Assembly (NCBI RefSeq): GCF_051058965.1 | Contig: NZ_CP183924.1 | From: Corallococcus exiguus | GTDB taxonomy: Bacteria > Myxococcota > Myxococcia > Myxococcales > Myxococcaceae | Length of the DNA: 64,000 nt | Strand: one strand, 5' to 3' | In this document: in pieces, positions 28,602-39,577 of the stretch | How positions within the stretch are numbered: position 1 is the stretch's first letter | How the letters are laid out: the number at the start of each line of letters is the position of its first letter | The notes under the pieces: model-generated | The model's database searches: none | What the model was told of the DNA's origin: nothing | Seen by the model: the letters and a program-made list of their open reading frames with translations, nothing else | Made by a program: the position numbers and the translations under genes

Positions 28602-31600
28602 ATGCGGTCACAACGCGCTGTCTGGAGCAGGCTCCTGTTGTTCGCCGCGAGCCTGGGCCTTCTTTCCTGCGGCGGGAACGAGCGCCCGGCGGCATCCGAG
28701 GGCATCCGCACCACGCCCGCCCGTCTCGCGACGGCACCGGCCTGGTACGCCACCCCGTCCATGGCGACGGCACGCGGGCAACACGCGGCCGTCCTGCTCC
28801 CCAACGGGAAGCTGCTCGTCGTCAACGGCGTCAACTCGTCCGGCTTCGTGGGCACGGCGGAGACCTACGATCCCGCCACCAGCACCTGGGCCTCCGCGGG
28901 CCCCTCCAGCCTCACGGGCAACGTCACCCTGGCCGTGCTCCTGCCCACGGGCCGGGTGCTGGTGCTGACGGATGGCTCGCAGGGGGGACGCCTCTATGAT
29001 CCCATCGCCAACACCTGGGCCGCCACGGGCAACATGTCCACGACCCGCGCGCTCCCCACGGCCACGCTGCTGGCCACGGGACAGGTCCTCATCGCGGGCG
29101 GCACCGGCGGTGGCGGCGTCCGGCTCACGACCGCGGAGCTCTACGACCCCGCGACCAACACCTTCACCGCCACGGGCGCCATGACCGCGGGCCGCGGCGC
29201 GCACATGTCGACGCGGCTGCGTGACGGGCGGGTGCTCGCGGTGAGCGGCTTCAGCGGCAGCGGAGAGGTGCCCGGCGCCGACCTCTACGATCCGGCCAGC
29301 GGCACCTGGTCCGCCGCCGCGCCCCCGCTGGTGGCCCGCCACTACTCCACCAGCACCCTGCTTCCCGACGGCCGCGTGCTCGTCGCGGGTGGCTTCACCG
29401 CGAGCGGTGTCACGGCCCAGTCGGAGCTCTACGACCCGGCCGCCAACACCTGGACCGCGACCGGCAACCTCGCGTTCCCGCGCGCCAGCCACATGGCCAC
29501 GTTGCTGCCCAATGGCCGCGTCCTCGTCACCGGCGGTTCCAACACATCCAGGGCGGCGCAGATCGAATCGGAGATCTACGACCCCGCCACCGGCACCTGG
29601 ACCGCCGCGGGCACGATGAACACCGCCCGCGAGAACCACACCGCGACGCTGCTGCCCTCGGGCAAGGTGTTCGTCACGGGCGGGTTCGCCCAGCTCCCCG
29701 GCCTGACGTTCTTCGCGCAGACGGAGGTCTACGACCCCGCCGCGAGCCAGTGGTCCCCGGCCGGCGCCATGGGCACGCCCCGGACGGACCCCATGGTGGC
29801 GCTGCTGCCTGGCGGTCAGGTGCTCGTCGCGGGAGGCCGTGGCGTCAGTTCCTCGGCGGCGGTGGAGGTGTATGACCGCGCGAGCAACAGCTGGAGCGCC
29901 GCGCCCGCGCTCGCCGTGCCCCGCGAGCGCGCGACCGCGACCGTCCTGCGCTCCGGCCTGGTGCTGGTCGCCGGTGGCCGCAACGCGGGCGTCTCGACGG
30001 CGTCCGCCCAACGCTACGACTCCACCACCGGGACCTGGCTGCCCACCGCCGACCTCCTCGGCACGAGGCACCTCCACTCCGCCACGCTCCTTCCGGATGG
30101 CCGGGTGTTCGTGTCCGGTGGCCAGCGCAACGCCGCGGTGCTCGCCTCCGCGGAGATCTACTCGCCCGACGCCAACACCTGGAGCGCGGCGGCGCCTCCC
30201 ACTGTCGCGCGTGCAAGCCATGGCGCGGTGCTGCTCCACGACGGCAGGGTGCTCGTCGCTGGCGGCCATGACAACACCGGCGTGGAGACGGCTTCGGCGG
30301 AGCTCTACGACCCCGTCACGAACACCTGGGCCCCCGCAGCGAACCTCAACGATATCCGGGACGAGCTGACGCTGACGCTGCTGCCCTCGGGCCAGGTGCT
30401 GGCGGCGGGAGGACTCGTGGGCCTCACGTACCTCACGTCCGCGGAGCTGTACGACCCCGCCACGAACACCTGGACTCCGGTGGGCTCGCTCTCGCAGTCG
30501 CGCTATCACCACACCGCCACATTGCTGCCCTCCGGCAAGGTCCTGATCGCGGGCGGCCTGACCGACCTGGGCGCGTACGTCGACACCGCGGAGATCTTCG
30601 ATCCCCAGCTGCGCATCTTCACGACCGTCGCGGACCCCACCACACGCGGAGGGCTGATCTCCACCGCCCTGCCTTCAGGCGAGGTCCTCCTCGTGGGAGG
30701 CGTGGGCGCGCCCGACGCGGAGCTGTTCAACGAGAACGGCGCCCAGCCCGCGTGGCGGCCCACGGTGACGAATCCGGTGACCCTCGTCGCGGCCTGCCCC
30801 ACCGTCCTGGAGGGCATGCTGTTCCGGGGCATCTCCGGAGGCAGCAGCGGCAGCTACTCGGACTCCCCCACCGACTTCCCCCTGGTGCGGCTCCGCGCCG
30901 CGGAAGGCGGGCGTCTCTGGACGCTTCCCTCCAGCAACACCTCGGCCACGCGCGCGACGGTGACCGTCCCCGCGGACGTGCCGGTGGGCACCTACGGGCT
31001 GACTGTCTTCGCCAACGCCATCTCCGGCGGGCGGATGGTGACCGTCGTCGCCAACCGTCCTCCGACGGCGGCGGACCAGACGGTCGTCGTTCCGAAGGAC
31101 ACGGTCACGGCGATCGCCCTGAGCGGCACGGATCCGGACCCCGGCCAGGTGTTGAGCTGGACCGCGGTCACCCAGCCGCAGCACGGCACGCTGGGCACCA
31201 GCGCGCAGGGGACGCTCGAGTACACCCCCAACCCCGGCTTCGTGGGCACCGACAGCTTCACCTACCGGGTCCGTGACTGCGCCGACGACAGCAACATCGC
31301 GACCGTGACCCTCAACGTGACGGACGACGCGGTGCCCCCCACCCTCACCTGCCCCGCGAACCTCACCGTGGAGGCGACGGATCCAGACGGCGCGCTCGTG
31401 ACCTACGACCCCGCCGTGCTGGAGCCGGCGGGAGGGCTCCCGGTGAGCTACTCGCAGCCGTCGGGCGCGCTGTTCCCGATTGGCACCACGACGGTCACCG
31501 CGACCTCCACCGGCCTCACCTGTACGTTCCAGGTGACGGTGCAGGACACCACGGCGCCCACCCTCACCTGCCCCGCGGACATCACCGTGGCGCCGAACAC

Positions 31601-31901
31601 GCAGGTGACGTTCACGCCCACGGCCACGGACGCGGTGACAGCCAATCCGACCGTGACGTCCTCGCCCGCGTCGGGCAGTGAGTTCCCGGCGGGAGCCACG
31701 CAGGTCACCGTCACCGCCACGGATGCGGCGGGCAACACCGCGCAGTGCACGTTCCAGGTCCGGGTCCAGGCGCAGGTCGTGGAGATCGCTGGCGGTGGCT
31801 GTAACAGCACCGGTGGCACCACGTCCGCGCTGGCGCTCCTCGCCGCCCTGGCGGCCTGGGGCTCGTCGCGTCGCCGTCAGAACCCGGCCCGGGGGAACTG
31901 A
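28602..31901 (+). CDS. Kelch-repeat beta-propeller / HYR-domain surface lipoprotein with MYXO-CTERM sorting signal
   Basis: Lipobox LGLLSCGG. More than 12 repeats of ...LLPxGRVLVAGG...AELYDPATNTW (Kelch/galactose-oxidase type). C-terminal HYR-like modules (PPTLTCPANLTVEA...; APTLTCPADITVAPN...). Terminal GGGCNSTGG-hydrophobic-RRRQ matches the MYXO-CTERM pattern. Confidence 0.8.
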   Translation: MRSQRAVWSRLLLFAASLGLLSCGGNERPAASEGIRTTPARLATAPAWYATPSMATARGQHAAVLLPNGKLLVVNGVNSSGFVGTAETYDPATSTWASAGPSSLTGNVTLAVLLPTGRVLVLTDGSQGGRLYDPIANTWAATGNMSTTRALPTATLLATGQVLIAGGTGGGGVRLTTAELYDPATNTFTATGAMTAGRGAHMSTRLRDGRVLAVSGFSGSGEVPGADLYDPASGTWSAAAPPLVARHYSTSTLLPDGRVLVAGGFTASGVTAQSELYDPAANTWTATGNLAFPRASHMATLLPNGRVLVTGGSNTSRAAQIESEIYDPATGTWTAAGTMNTARENHTATLLPSGKVFVTGGFAQLPGLTFFAQTEVYDPAASQWSPAGAMGTPRTDPMVALLPGGQVLVAGGRGVSSSAAVEVYDRASNSWSAAPALAVPRERATATVLRSGLVLVAGGRNAGVSTASAQRYDSTTGTWLPTADLLGTRHLHSATLLPDGRVFVSGGQRNAAVLASAEIYSPDANTWSAAAPPTVARASHGAVLLHDGRVLVAGGHDNTGVETASAELYDPVTNTWAPAANLNDIRDELTLTLLPSGQVLAAGGLVGLTYLTSAELYDPATNTWTPVGSLSQSRYHHTATLLPSGKVLIAGGLTDLGAYVDTAEIFDPQLRIFTTVADPTTRGGLISTALPSGEVLLVGGVGAPDAELFNENGAQPAWRPTVTNPVTLVAACPTVLEGMLFRGISGGSSGSYSDSPTDFPLVRLRAAEGGRLWTLPSSNTSATRATVTVPADVPVGTYGLTVFANAISGGRMVTVVANRPPTAADQTVVVPKDTVTAIALSGTDPDPGQVLSWTAVTQPQHGTLGTSAQGTLEYTPNPGFVGTDSFTYRVRDCADDSNIATVTLNVTDDAVPPTLTCPANLTVEATDPDGALVTYDPAVLEPAGGLPVSYSQPSGALFPIGTTTVTATSTGLTCTFQVTVQDTTAPTLTCPADITVAPNTQVTFTPTATDAVTANPTVTSSPASGSEFPAGATQVTVTATDAAGNTAQCTFQVRVQAQVVEIAGGGCNSTGGTTSALALLAALAAWGSSRRRQNPARGN

Positions 31902-31904
31902 GAC

Positions 31905-33650
31905 ATGCGCTCCCTCTTTTCTCGAATGGACCTCCCCTTGCGTACGAAGGCTCAGAGCTGGGCGCTGGCCGCGCTGCTGGCCACCGCCGTCACCCCCGCC
32001 GCGTTCGGGCAGACCACCACGAGCCCGCTCAGGCCGCTGGACCTGGAGCGCCTGCGCTTCACGCCGGCGGCGACGGACTCGATGCTGGTGGACACCGGCC
32101 GCGTGCTCCCCGAGGGCGGCTACCGCCTGCTCCTCATGGTCAACTACGAGCGCGGCATCCTCCTGCTTCAGGGCAGTGACGGGCTGGAGCGCTCCATCCT
32201 CCACTACCGCACCGCGGGCTGGCTGGCCGGCGCGTGGTCGCCGGTGGACCGGTTGGAGTTCTCCGCGAAGCTGCCCGTCATCATCGCGCAGGGCGGCCAC
32301 GGCGCGGAGCAGCTGGTGGGCGTGAGCGAGCCGGACTCGTTCGGCCTGGGCACGCCGGAGCTGGGCGTGCGCTACGAGCTGCTGCGGCGCGAGGAAGGCG
32401 CGCCGGTGTTCCTGGGCCTGGGCCTGGACATCGGGATTCCGGGAGGCACTGCGGACGCGTTCGGCCGTCAGGCGGGCTGGGCCGGCTTCCAGTTCGCGCC
32501 CCGCGTGTCCGTCAGCCGCGAGGTGGGCCCCGTGGTGCTGGGCGCCAACGCGGGCATCCGGATCCGCTCACGTGAAGTGGAGCCGGGCCGCGACGTGGGC
32601 ACGGAGCTGGAGCAGGGCGTGGTGGTGGCCACGCGCGGCAAGGGGCTGCGCGCCGAAATCGCGCTCCAGGCCGCCGAGTCGCTCGTGGAGTCGGACCTGG
32701 CGCTGGAGTTGTTGGGCGGCGTGCGGCTGCCGGTGGGCGCGGGCTTCGAGGCGTTCGCGATTGGCGGGCACGGCTTCACGGACATCCCGGGCACGCCGTC
32801 GTTCCGGCTGGCCGCGGGCATCGCGTACGCGAACGAGCCCGAGCCCGTGGACCGGTGCCGCACCGGCCGCAGCCACACGCCGGAGCAGTGCCCGAACGAG
32901 GACGACGACGGCGACGGCGTGGCGAACAAGGACGACCGCTGCCCGCTGGAGGCCGGCTCCGCAGAGAACAACGGATGCCCGGACAAGGACTCGGACGGCG
33001 ACGGCGTGGTGGACCGCGAGGACCAATGCCCGAACGAGGCCGGTCCCTCGTCCGAGCGCGGCTGCCCGGTGAAGGACACGGACGGCGACGGCGTGCCGGA
33101 CAAGGACGATGCCTGCCCGAACGAGGCCGGTCCCGCGTCCGAGCGTGGCTGCCCCGTGAAGGACACGGATGGCGACGGCGTACCCGACAAGGACGATGCC
33201 TGCCCGAACGAGGCCGGTCCCGCGTCCGAGCGTGGCTGCCCCACGAAGGAACAGCCCAAGCCCGAGGAGCCCAAGCCCCAGCCCGAGGAGAAGCCCGCGG
33301 AGACGACGTCGCCGCTGGAGCACATCGTCCAGTTCCCGGTGAACCAGTCGGAGTTCCAGGAGAACGAGCAGCGGCAGCTGGATGACATCGCGGCCTACCT
33401 GAAGGCGAACCCGAAGCTGAACGTCCGGATTGAAGGCCACACGGACAACAGCGGTCCGGAGGAGGCCAACCGCACGCTGAGCCAGCAGCGCGCGAACCGC
33501 GTGCGCGCGTACCTCATCCAGAAGGGCATCGCGGGCTCGCGGCTGGAGGCGAAGGGCTTCGGCCCCGACCGTCCGCGCGTGTCCAACGAGACGCCGGAAG
33601 GCCGCAGCGCGAACCGCCGCGTGGAGTTCGTCCCCGTCACGGGGAGCTGA
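31905..33650 (+). CDS. OmpA-family protein with thrombospondin type-3 (Ca-binding) repeats
   Basis: Signal peptide. Multiple DxDxDGVxDxxDxCP repeats (two nearly identical ~88-bp units at ~33068-33243). C-terminal OmpA_C domain (NVRIEGHTDNSGPEEANRTLSQQRANRV). Confidence 0.8.
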   Translation: MRSLFSRMDLPLRTKAQSWALAALLATAVTPAAFGQTTTSPLRPLDLERLRFTPAATDSMLVDTGRVLPEGGYRLLLMVNYERGILLLQGSDGLERSILHYRTAGWLAGAWSPVDRLEFSAKLPVIIAQGGHGAEQLVGVSEPDSFGLGTPELGVRYELLRREEGAPVFLGLGLDIGIPGGTADAFGRQAGWAGFQFAPRVSVSREVGPVVLGANAGIRIRSREVEPGRDVGTELEQGVVVATRGKGLRAEIALQAAESLVESDLALELLGGVRLPVGAGFEAFAIGGHGFTDIPGTPSFRLAAGIAYANEPEPVDRCRTGRSHTPEQCPNEDDDGDGVANKDDRCPLEAGSAENNGCPDKDSDGDGVVDREDQCPNEAGPSSERGCPVKDTDGDGVPDKDDACPNEAGPASERGCPVKDTDGDGVPDKDDACPNEAGPASERGCPTKEQPKPEEPKPQPEEKPAETTSPLEHIVQFPVNQSEFQENEQRQLDDIAAYLKANPKLNVRIEGHTDNSGPEEANRTLSQQRANRVRAYLIQKGIAGSRLEAKGFGPDRPRVSNETPEGRSANRRVEFVPVTGS

Positions 33651-33747
33651 CCGCGTCAACCTGACGCCGCTTCGTGTTCACCCACGAAGCGGCGCGCGGA
33701 TGTTTCACCAAGACGGGCGTGGAGGCCTCCTCCACGCCCGTTTTGCG

Positions 33748-34521
33748 TCAGGCCTCTTCGGGGTGCAGCTGCACCAGCGCGGGAAGCTCCGCCGCACGGT
33801 CGCGCAGCCGTGCCTTGGGCCGGATGGCCACCGGGACGCGGGAGGCCGCGAGCAACTCCAAATCGAACACGTTGTCGCCGAACGCCGCGTAGAGCGGCCG
33901 GTCCGTCCGCAGCCTCAGGCTGTTCACCTTGCCAGGGCCGTAGGGCACGGGCTCGAAGACGGACGTCAGCAGCCGTCCGCCCTCCTCCTTCGGCGTGCAC
34001 GCCACCACGAAGTCAGGCGTGATGCCCACCTCGCGCACCGCGGCCTCCACCACCGCGCGCGGCGATGCGCTGACCACGTAGCAGTCCACGCCCTGCCCCC
34101 GCGCCCACTCCACCACGCGGCGGGCTTCTGGATGGACGCGGCCGGCCACGCCCCGCCGGGCCACCACGTCGAGCGCGAAGCCGCGCATCTCCTCCGCGTG
34201 CCAGCCGGCGAAGATCCACGCCATCATCTCGTAGGTGTCCTTCTCCGGCAGCCGCCCGGCCTCGAACGCCTTGAACAGCGCATGCGCCAGCGTCACCGCG
34301 TCCGGATGCGACTCCACGCCATGGCGGGCACCCAACTGCTCCAGCGCCACGCGGGCCTCGGGGCGCACGCCGCCGTGCTCCAGCAGGGCCAGGAACAGGT
34401 CGTCCCCCACGTCCCCGCTCCACAGCGTGCCATCCCCATCGAAGGCCAGCACGCCATCCGGCGTCCGCTCCACCTCGCGACGGATGCGCTCCAGCGTCTC
34501 CTCGACCCGCTCAATCCTCAT
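33748..34521 (-). CDS. HAD-superfamily hydrolase (subfamily IB-like)
   Basis: The FDGDGTLW motif I is present with downstream HAD motifs. Start at MRIERV. Confidence 0.7.
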   Translation of the reverse strand: MRIERVEETLERIRREVERTPDGVLAFDGDGTLWSGDVGDDLFLALLEHGGVRPEARVALEQLGARHGVESHPDAVTLAHALFKAFEAGRLPEKDTYEMMAWIFAGWHAEEMRGFALDVVARRGVAGRVHPEARRVVEWARGQGVDCYVVSASPRAVVEAAVREVGITPDFVVACTPKEEGGRLLTSVFEPVPYGPGKVNSLRLRTDRPLYAAFGDNVFDLELLAASRVPVAIRPKARLRDRAAELPALVQLHPEEA

Positions 34522-34613
34522 GGCTGGCATCCTTGCTGTCCGGGCCGTCCAGTGTCACCCGCCACCACACGGGCTGTTCACCATCCGGGCAATGGATGAG
34601 TACCCTTCCGGGC

Positions 34614-35174
34614 ATGGCACGAACGGAGAAAGAGAAGATGCTCGCGGGCGAGCTGTACAGCGCCGTCGACCCGCAGCTGGTCGCCGAGCGGGGCCGCGCC
34701 CGCAAGATCCTGCGCGCCTACAACCAGTCCACCGAGGACGAGCTGCCGCTGCGTGAAAGCCTGCTCGCCGAGTTGCTGGGCAAGGTGGGCGCCGGAACGT
34801 GGATCGAACCGCCGTTCCTCTGCGACTACGGCGAGCACATCCGGCTGGGCGAGCGTGTCTTCATGAACTTCCAGTGCGTCATCCTGGACTGCAACACGGT
34901 GACGATTGGCGACGACGTGTCCTTCGGCCCGGGCGTGCAGGTGTACGCGGCCACGCATCCCCTGGACCCGGATGAGCGCATCAAGGGCCCGGAGCTGGGC
35001 CGCGCCATCACCATCGGTTCGAAGGTGTGGATTGGCGGCGGCTCCATCATCTGCCCGGGCGTCACCATCGGCGAGGGAACCACCATCGGCGCGGGCAGCG
35101 TGGTGACGCGGGACATTCCCCCGTATGTCTTCGCCGCCGGCAATCCCTGCCGCGTCATCCGAAACCTCCGGTAG
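34614..35174 (+). CDS. maa: maltose/galactoside O-acetyltransferase (hexapeptide-repeat acyltransferase)
   Basis: Start MARTEKEKMLAGELY. Left-handed beta-helix hexapeptide repeats (IGDDVSFGPGVQV..., IGSKVWIGGGSII..., IGEGTTIGAGSVV). 186 aa, typical Maa/LacA. Confidence 0.75.
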   Translation: MARTEKEKMLAGELYSAVDPQLVAERGRARKILRAYNQSTEDELPLRESLLAELLGKVGAGTWIEPPFLCDYGEHIRLGERVFMNFQCVILDCNTVTIGDDVSFGPGVQVYAATHPLDPDERIKGPELGRAITIGSKVWIGGGSIICPGVTIGEGTTIGAGSVVTRDIPPYVFAAGNPCRVIRNLR

Positions 35175-35218
35175 CGCGGACTGTCACGGAGGCCCGGAAT
35201 CGAGCAAGACTGGAGGCA

Positions 35219-35956
35219 ATGAGTCTGAGATTGCTCCCGCCAGTGAAGACGGTGCCCCTGCTCTGGGAGCGCCCCGAACCTGCCCACCTGCATGGGTCGG
35301 TCCCGCTGCGACGGGCCGCCATCGCCCAGGCGGCCGTGAGCCTCGCCGACAAGAAGGGGCTCGGCGCCGTCTCCCTGCGCACCGTGGCGGCCGCGCTGAA
35401 GGTGGATTCGAAGCGGCTTCGCGGCTTCGTGTACTCGAAGAAGGAGCTGCACGAGCTCATGGCCGACGCGGTCTACCGGGAGATGGTCGCGGCCGGCCCG
35501 TACCAGGGGGACTGGCGTCAAATCCTGCGCGACGTCGCCCACCAGTTTCGGCGGGCCGCGCACAAGCACTTGTGGTTCACGGACCTGGTGGGGCCTCGGA
35601 TGAGCATGGTTCCCCACGCGCTGGTGTACGTGGAGGCATCCCTGGCCGCGTTGGGTGAGGAGCCCGGGTTCAAGGGCAGTGGCAACGCCATGCGGGCCCT
35701 GCAGAACGTCAGTGCCTACGCCGCGGGCGCCATCCAGGGAGAATCCGCCGAGGTGCGCTACGAGCGCCGGTTTGGCAAGGACTGGACGGAGCTGCGCGAC
35801 ACCGTGGGGCCCTACTACCAGCGGATGCTCGAATCCGGCCGGTTCCCACGGACCGTCCGGGAGGTCGAGTCCCCCACGGAGACGTCCCTGGACGCGGTGT
35901 TCGAGCAGGGACTGGAGCTCATGCTCGACGGCATCGCCGCGCGGCTCCCACGCTGA
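35219..35956 (+). CDS. TetR/AcrR-family transcriptional regulator
   Basis: Start MSLRLL. N-terminal HTH (AAIAQAAVSLADKKGLGAVSLRTVAAALKV) and TetR-type C-terminal domain. The listed ORF starts upstream at 35027 in an overlapping frame. Confidence 0.75.
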   Translation: MSLRLLPPVKTVPLLWERPEPAHLHGSVPLRRAAIAQAAVSLADKKGLGAVSLRTVAAALKVDSKRLRGFVYSKKELHELMADAVYREMVAAGPYQGDWRQILRDVAHQFRRAAHKHLWFTDLVGPRMSMVPHALVYVEASLAALGEEPGFKGSGNAMRALQNVSAYAAGAIQGESAEVRYERRFGKDWTELRDTVGPYYQRMLESGRFPRTVREVESPTETSLDAVFEQGLELMLDGIAARLPR

Positions 35957-35967
35957 GGCGGAGGACT

Positions 35968-36651
35968 TCAGCCCACGGCCTGGTGGGTCTCGGTGACGCC
36001 CTGGTACTGGTAGGCGCCGCTGTCATACGGGGTGATGGCGTCGTCGGCCTTCTTGGTGCAGGCCGCGGCGGTGGGGTCGAAGGCCTGGAACTGGCCCTTG
36101 TCGTCCTTGAACTCCACCCACGCGTGGGCGCCCCGGTCCGTATCGCCGAAGACGACGCGCGCGTCCACGCCGGCCTGCTCGAAGCGCTGCTCGGCCTCGA
36201 TGGCCATGTCCACGCAGACACCGGACTTGGACGCGTCGAAGTTGCTGGAGTTCTTCATGGCGGCATCCCACGTCTTGCCGCCCGAGTAGTCGTACTTCCA
36301 GGACGTGGCCTCCTTCGCGATGTCCTGGGCCACCTGATCCGCGCTCTTGCCGGAGGACGGGCCCTTCGCACCCTGCGCCTGTGCGGGAGCGGGAGTCGGG
36401 GCCGGAGCAGGCTGGGGCTTCGGGCCCTGGGCCTTCGCGCCTTCGCCCTTCAGCAGGGACTCCTTCGTCAGGCCCAGATCCTTCAGCAGCTTGGCGAACT
36501 CCTGGGGCTGCTTCGCGGAGTCCACCGTCTTCACGGGAGAGCCGTCGGCGTTGACGACCTTCACCACGACATTCCTCGGGGCCTGCGCGGCTTCGGGGGA
36601 CACCTTCGCGCACGGGCTGGAGGACGGACGAGAGAGGGAGGAGATCGCCAT
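35968..36651 (-). CDS. transglutaminase-like (Cys-His-Asp) domain protein with Pro/Ala-rich linker
   Basis: Start MAISSL. C-terminal KSGVCVDMA...GAHAWVEF...FQAFDPT fits the transglutaminase-like cysteine-peptidase core. Confidence 0.55.
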   Translation of the reverse strand: MAISSLSRPSSSPCAKVSPEAAQAPRNVVVKVVNADGSPVKTVDSAKQPQEFAKLLKDLGLTKESLLKGEGAKAQGPKPQPAPAPTPAPAQAQGAKGPSSGKSADQVAQDIAKEATSWKYDYSGGKTWDAAMKNSSNFDASKSGVCVDMAIEAEQRFEQAGVDARVVFGDTDRGAHAWVEFKDDKGQFQAFDPTAAACTKKADDAITPYDSGAYQYQGVTETHQAVG

Positions 36652-36830
36652 GGGACAGGGCCTCGTGGAAACAGCGGGGATGCCTGTCCCATGAGCATGG
36701 CGTGTGCCAGCGCTCGTGCTTCCTGGGGTGAACGCCAAACCCCTGTGTTTCCAAGGCCCGTGGGCCTGTCCTCGTCAGCGAAGGCCCGCACCGCTGATGA
36801 CAGCCGTGCGCGGGGTGATGTCCGGCGTCA

Positions 36831-38015
36831 TCACCCCACCGGCTCGGAGGCGACGTCGGGCTCCGGTTCGTCCGGTCCCTCCACGGTGCGCTCCAGCGTG
36901 CGAGCGAGCGCGGCCCGGGCCTCCGCGGCCTCCTCGAAGGGCTCGTCGCTCCCGGCCCGCGCGGGGGCAGGCACCGTCGCATCCAGCTCCGCCGGGTGCA
37001 GGCGGAACCACTTCGCGACGAGCATCACCTCCTGGGCCTCCTGAGCGCGGAGGCCAATCGCCTCTGGCTCCGGCACGTCGAAGATGTCCCGCACGCGTGC
37101 GTCCAGCGCCGCCTGCTCCTCCGTCGTCCGGGGCGCGGGCACCTCCGCGCGGATCCGCCCCCGCCGAAGCACATACGTGCGGTCCTCACCGCCGTGCCCG
37201 CGCACCGTGTAGACCAGCGACAGTCGCCGCAGCGTGCGCCCCAGCTCGACGATCCACGCCTGCACGTTCTCCAGCCGCTCCGCGCGATCCCTCAGCTCCG
37301 CCGCGTATTCGAACTGGAGCCGCCGCGCCGCCATCGCCATGCGCTCGCGCAGGATGACCAGCGGCCGGTCCGACTCGCCGTTGAGGAACGCCCGAGCCAG
37401 CGCGACCTGCGCCAGGTACTCCGCCGTCGTGCACCCGCCCGCGCACGGCGACAGGCACCGCGCCGTCTGCCCGCGCATGCACCGCGGGTCGTCCTTCAGG
37501 GGGAAGAGCTGGATCTGATCCGCCAGCCGCATGGGCGTCTCGGACGGGCAGTCGCGCAGCTCCAGCAGGTCGTTCACCGCGCGCACCACGTCCGCCATGG
37601 TGTGCCGGCCGTGGAAGGGCCCGAAGTACTCCGCGCGCCCACCGCCACCGGGTTGGCCCACCACGCGCAGCCGGGGCACGGCCTCGCGAGTGAGCTGGAG
37701 GAAGCAGTGCGCGCGGTCGCGCTTGTGCTCCACGTTGTAGAGGGGCCGGTGGCTCTTGATCAGCCGGAACTCATGGAGCAGCGCCGCGAACTCGCTGGCC
37801 GTGTACTCCCACTCCACCTGGTGCGCCTGGGCGACGATCTCCCAGGCCTTCTCGCCCTCGTCCGCGCGGAAGTACGACAGGAGCCGCGTGCGCACCCGCA
37901 CGGACTTGCCCACGTAGAGCAGCTCCCCGGCGGGACCGAAGAACCGGTACACGCCGGGCCGGTTCTCCGCGCTCGAGCGGACGTGACTCAGGAGGGTGGC
38001 GACGCGCGGGTCCAT
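36831..38015 (-). CDS. GIY-YIG nuclease, UvrC-homologue (Cho-like) protein
   Basis: N-terminal GVYRFFGPAGELLYVGKSVRVRTRLLSYF is a GIY-YIG motif. A UvrC-like homology region follows. 394 aa; it lacks the UvrC C-terminal RNaseH/HhH domains. Confidence 0.7.
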   Translation of the reverse strand: MDPRVATLLSHVRSSAENRPGVYRFFGPAGELLYVGKSVRVRTRLLSYFRADEGEKAWEIVAQAHQVEWEYTASEFAALLHEFRLIKSHRPLYNVEHKRDRAHCFLQLTREAVPRLRVVGQPGGGGRAEYFGPFHGRHTMADVVRAVNDLLELRDCPSETPMRLADQIQLFPLKDDPRCMRGQTARCLSPCAGGCTTAEYLAQVALARAFLNGESDRPLVILRERMAMAARRLQFEYAAELRDRAERLENVQAWIVELGRTLRRLSLVYTVRGHGGEDRTYVLRRGRIRAEVPAPRTTEEQAALDARVRDIFDVPEPEAIGLRAQEAQEVMLVAKWFRLHPAELDATVPAPARAGSDEPFEEAAEARAALARTLERTVEGPDEPEPDVASEPVG

Positions 38016-38124
38016 GCGGCAGGTAGCACCGCAGGCTAACCCGCCACGTCCCGCCGCACCGCCGTTCGCGTGCGGCCCATCACAACCCGGCCGGAGGGCG
38101 GGCGGAGGGCCACCCGCCCGGACT

Positions 38125-39528
<1,404 letters not shown>

Positions 39529-39577
39529 TTACCGCGCGTCTTGGGTCGCCGCGCCATTTCCGTTACAAGCCGCCGCC

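Noticed and set aside
28608-30512. 634-aa minus ORF (and 30675..32300, 32568..33659) opposite the Kelch and OmpA genes
   Set aside because: Antisense shadows of repeat-rich, clearly coding + strand genes.
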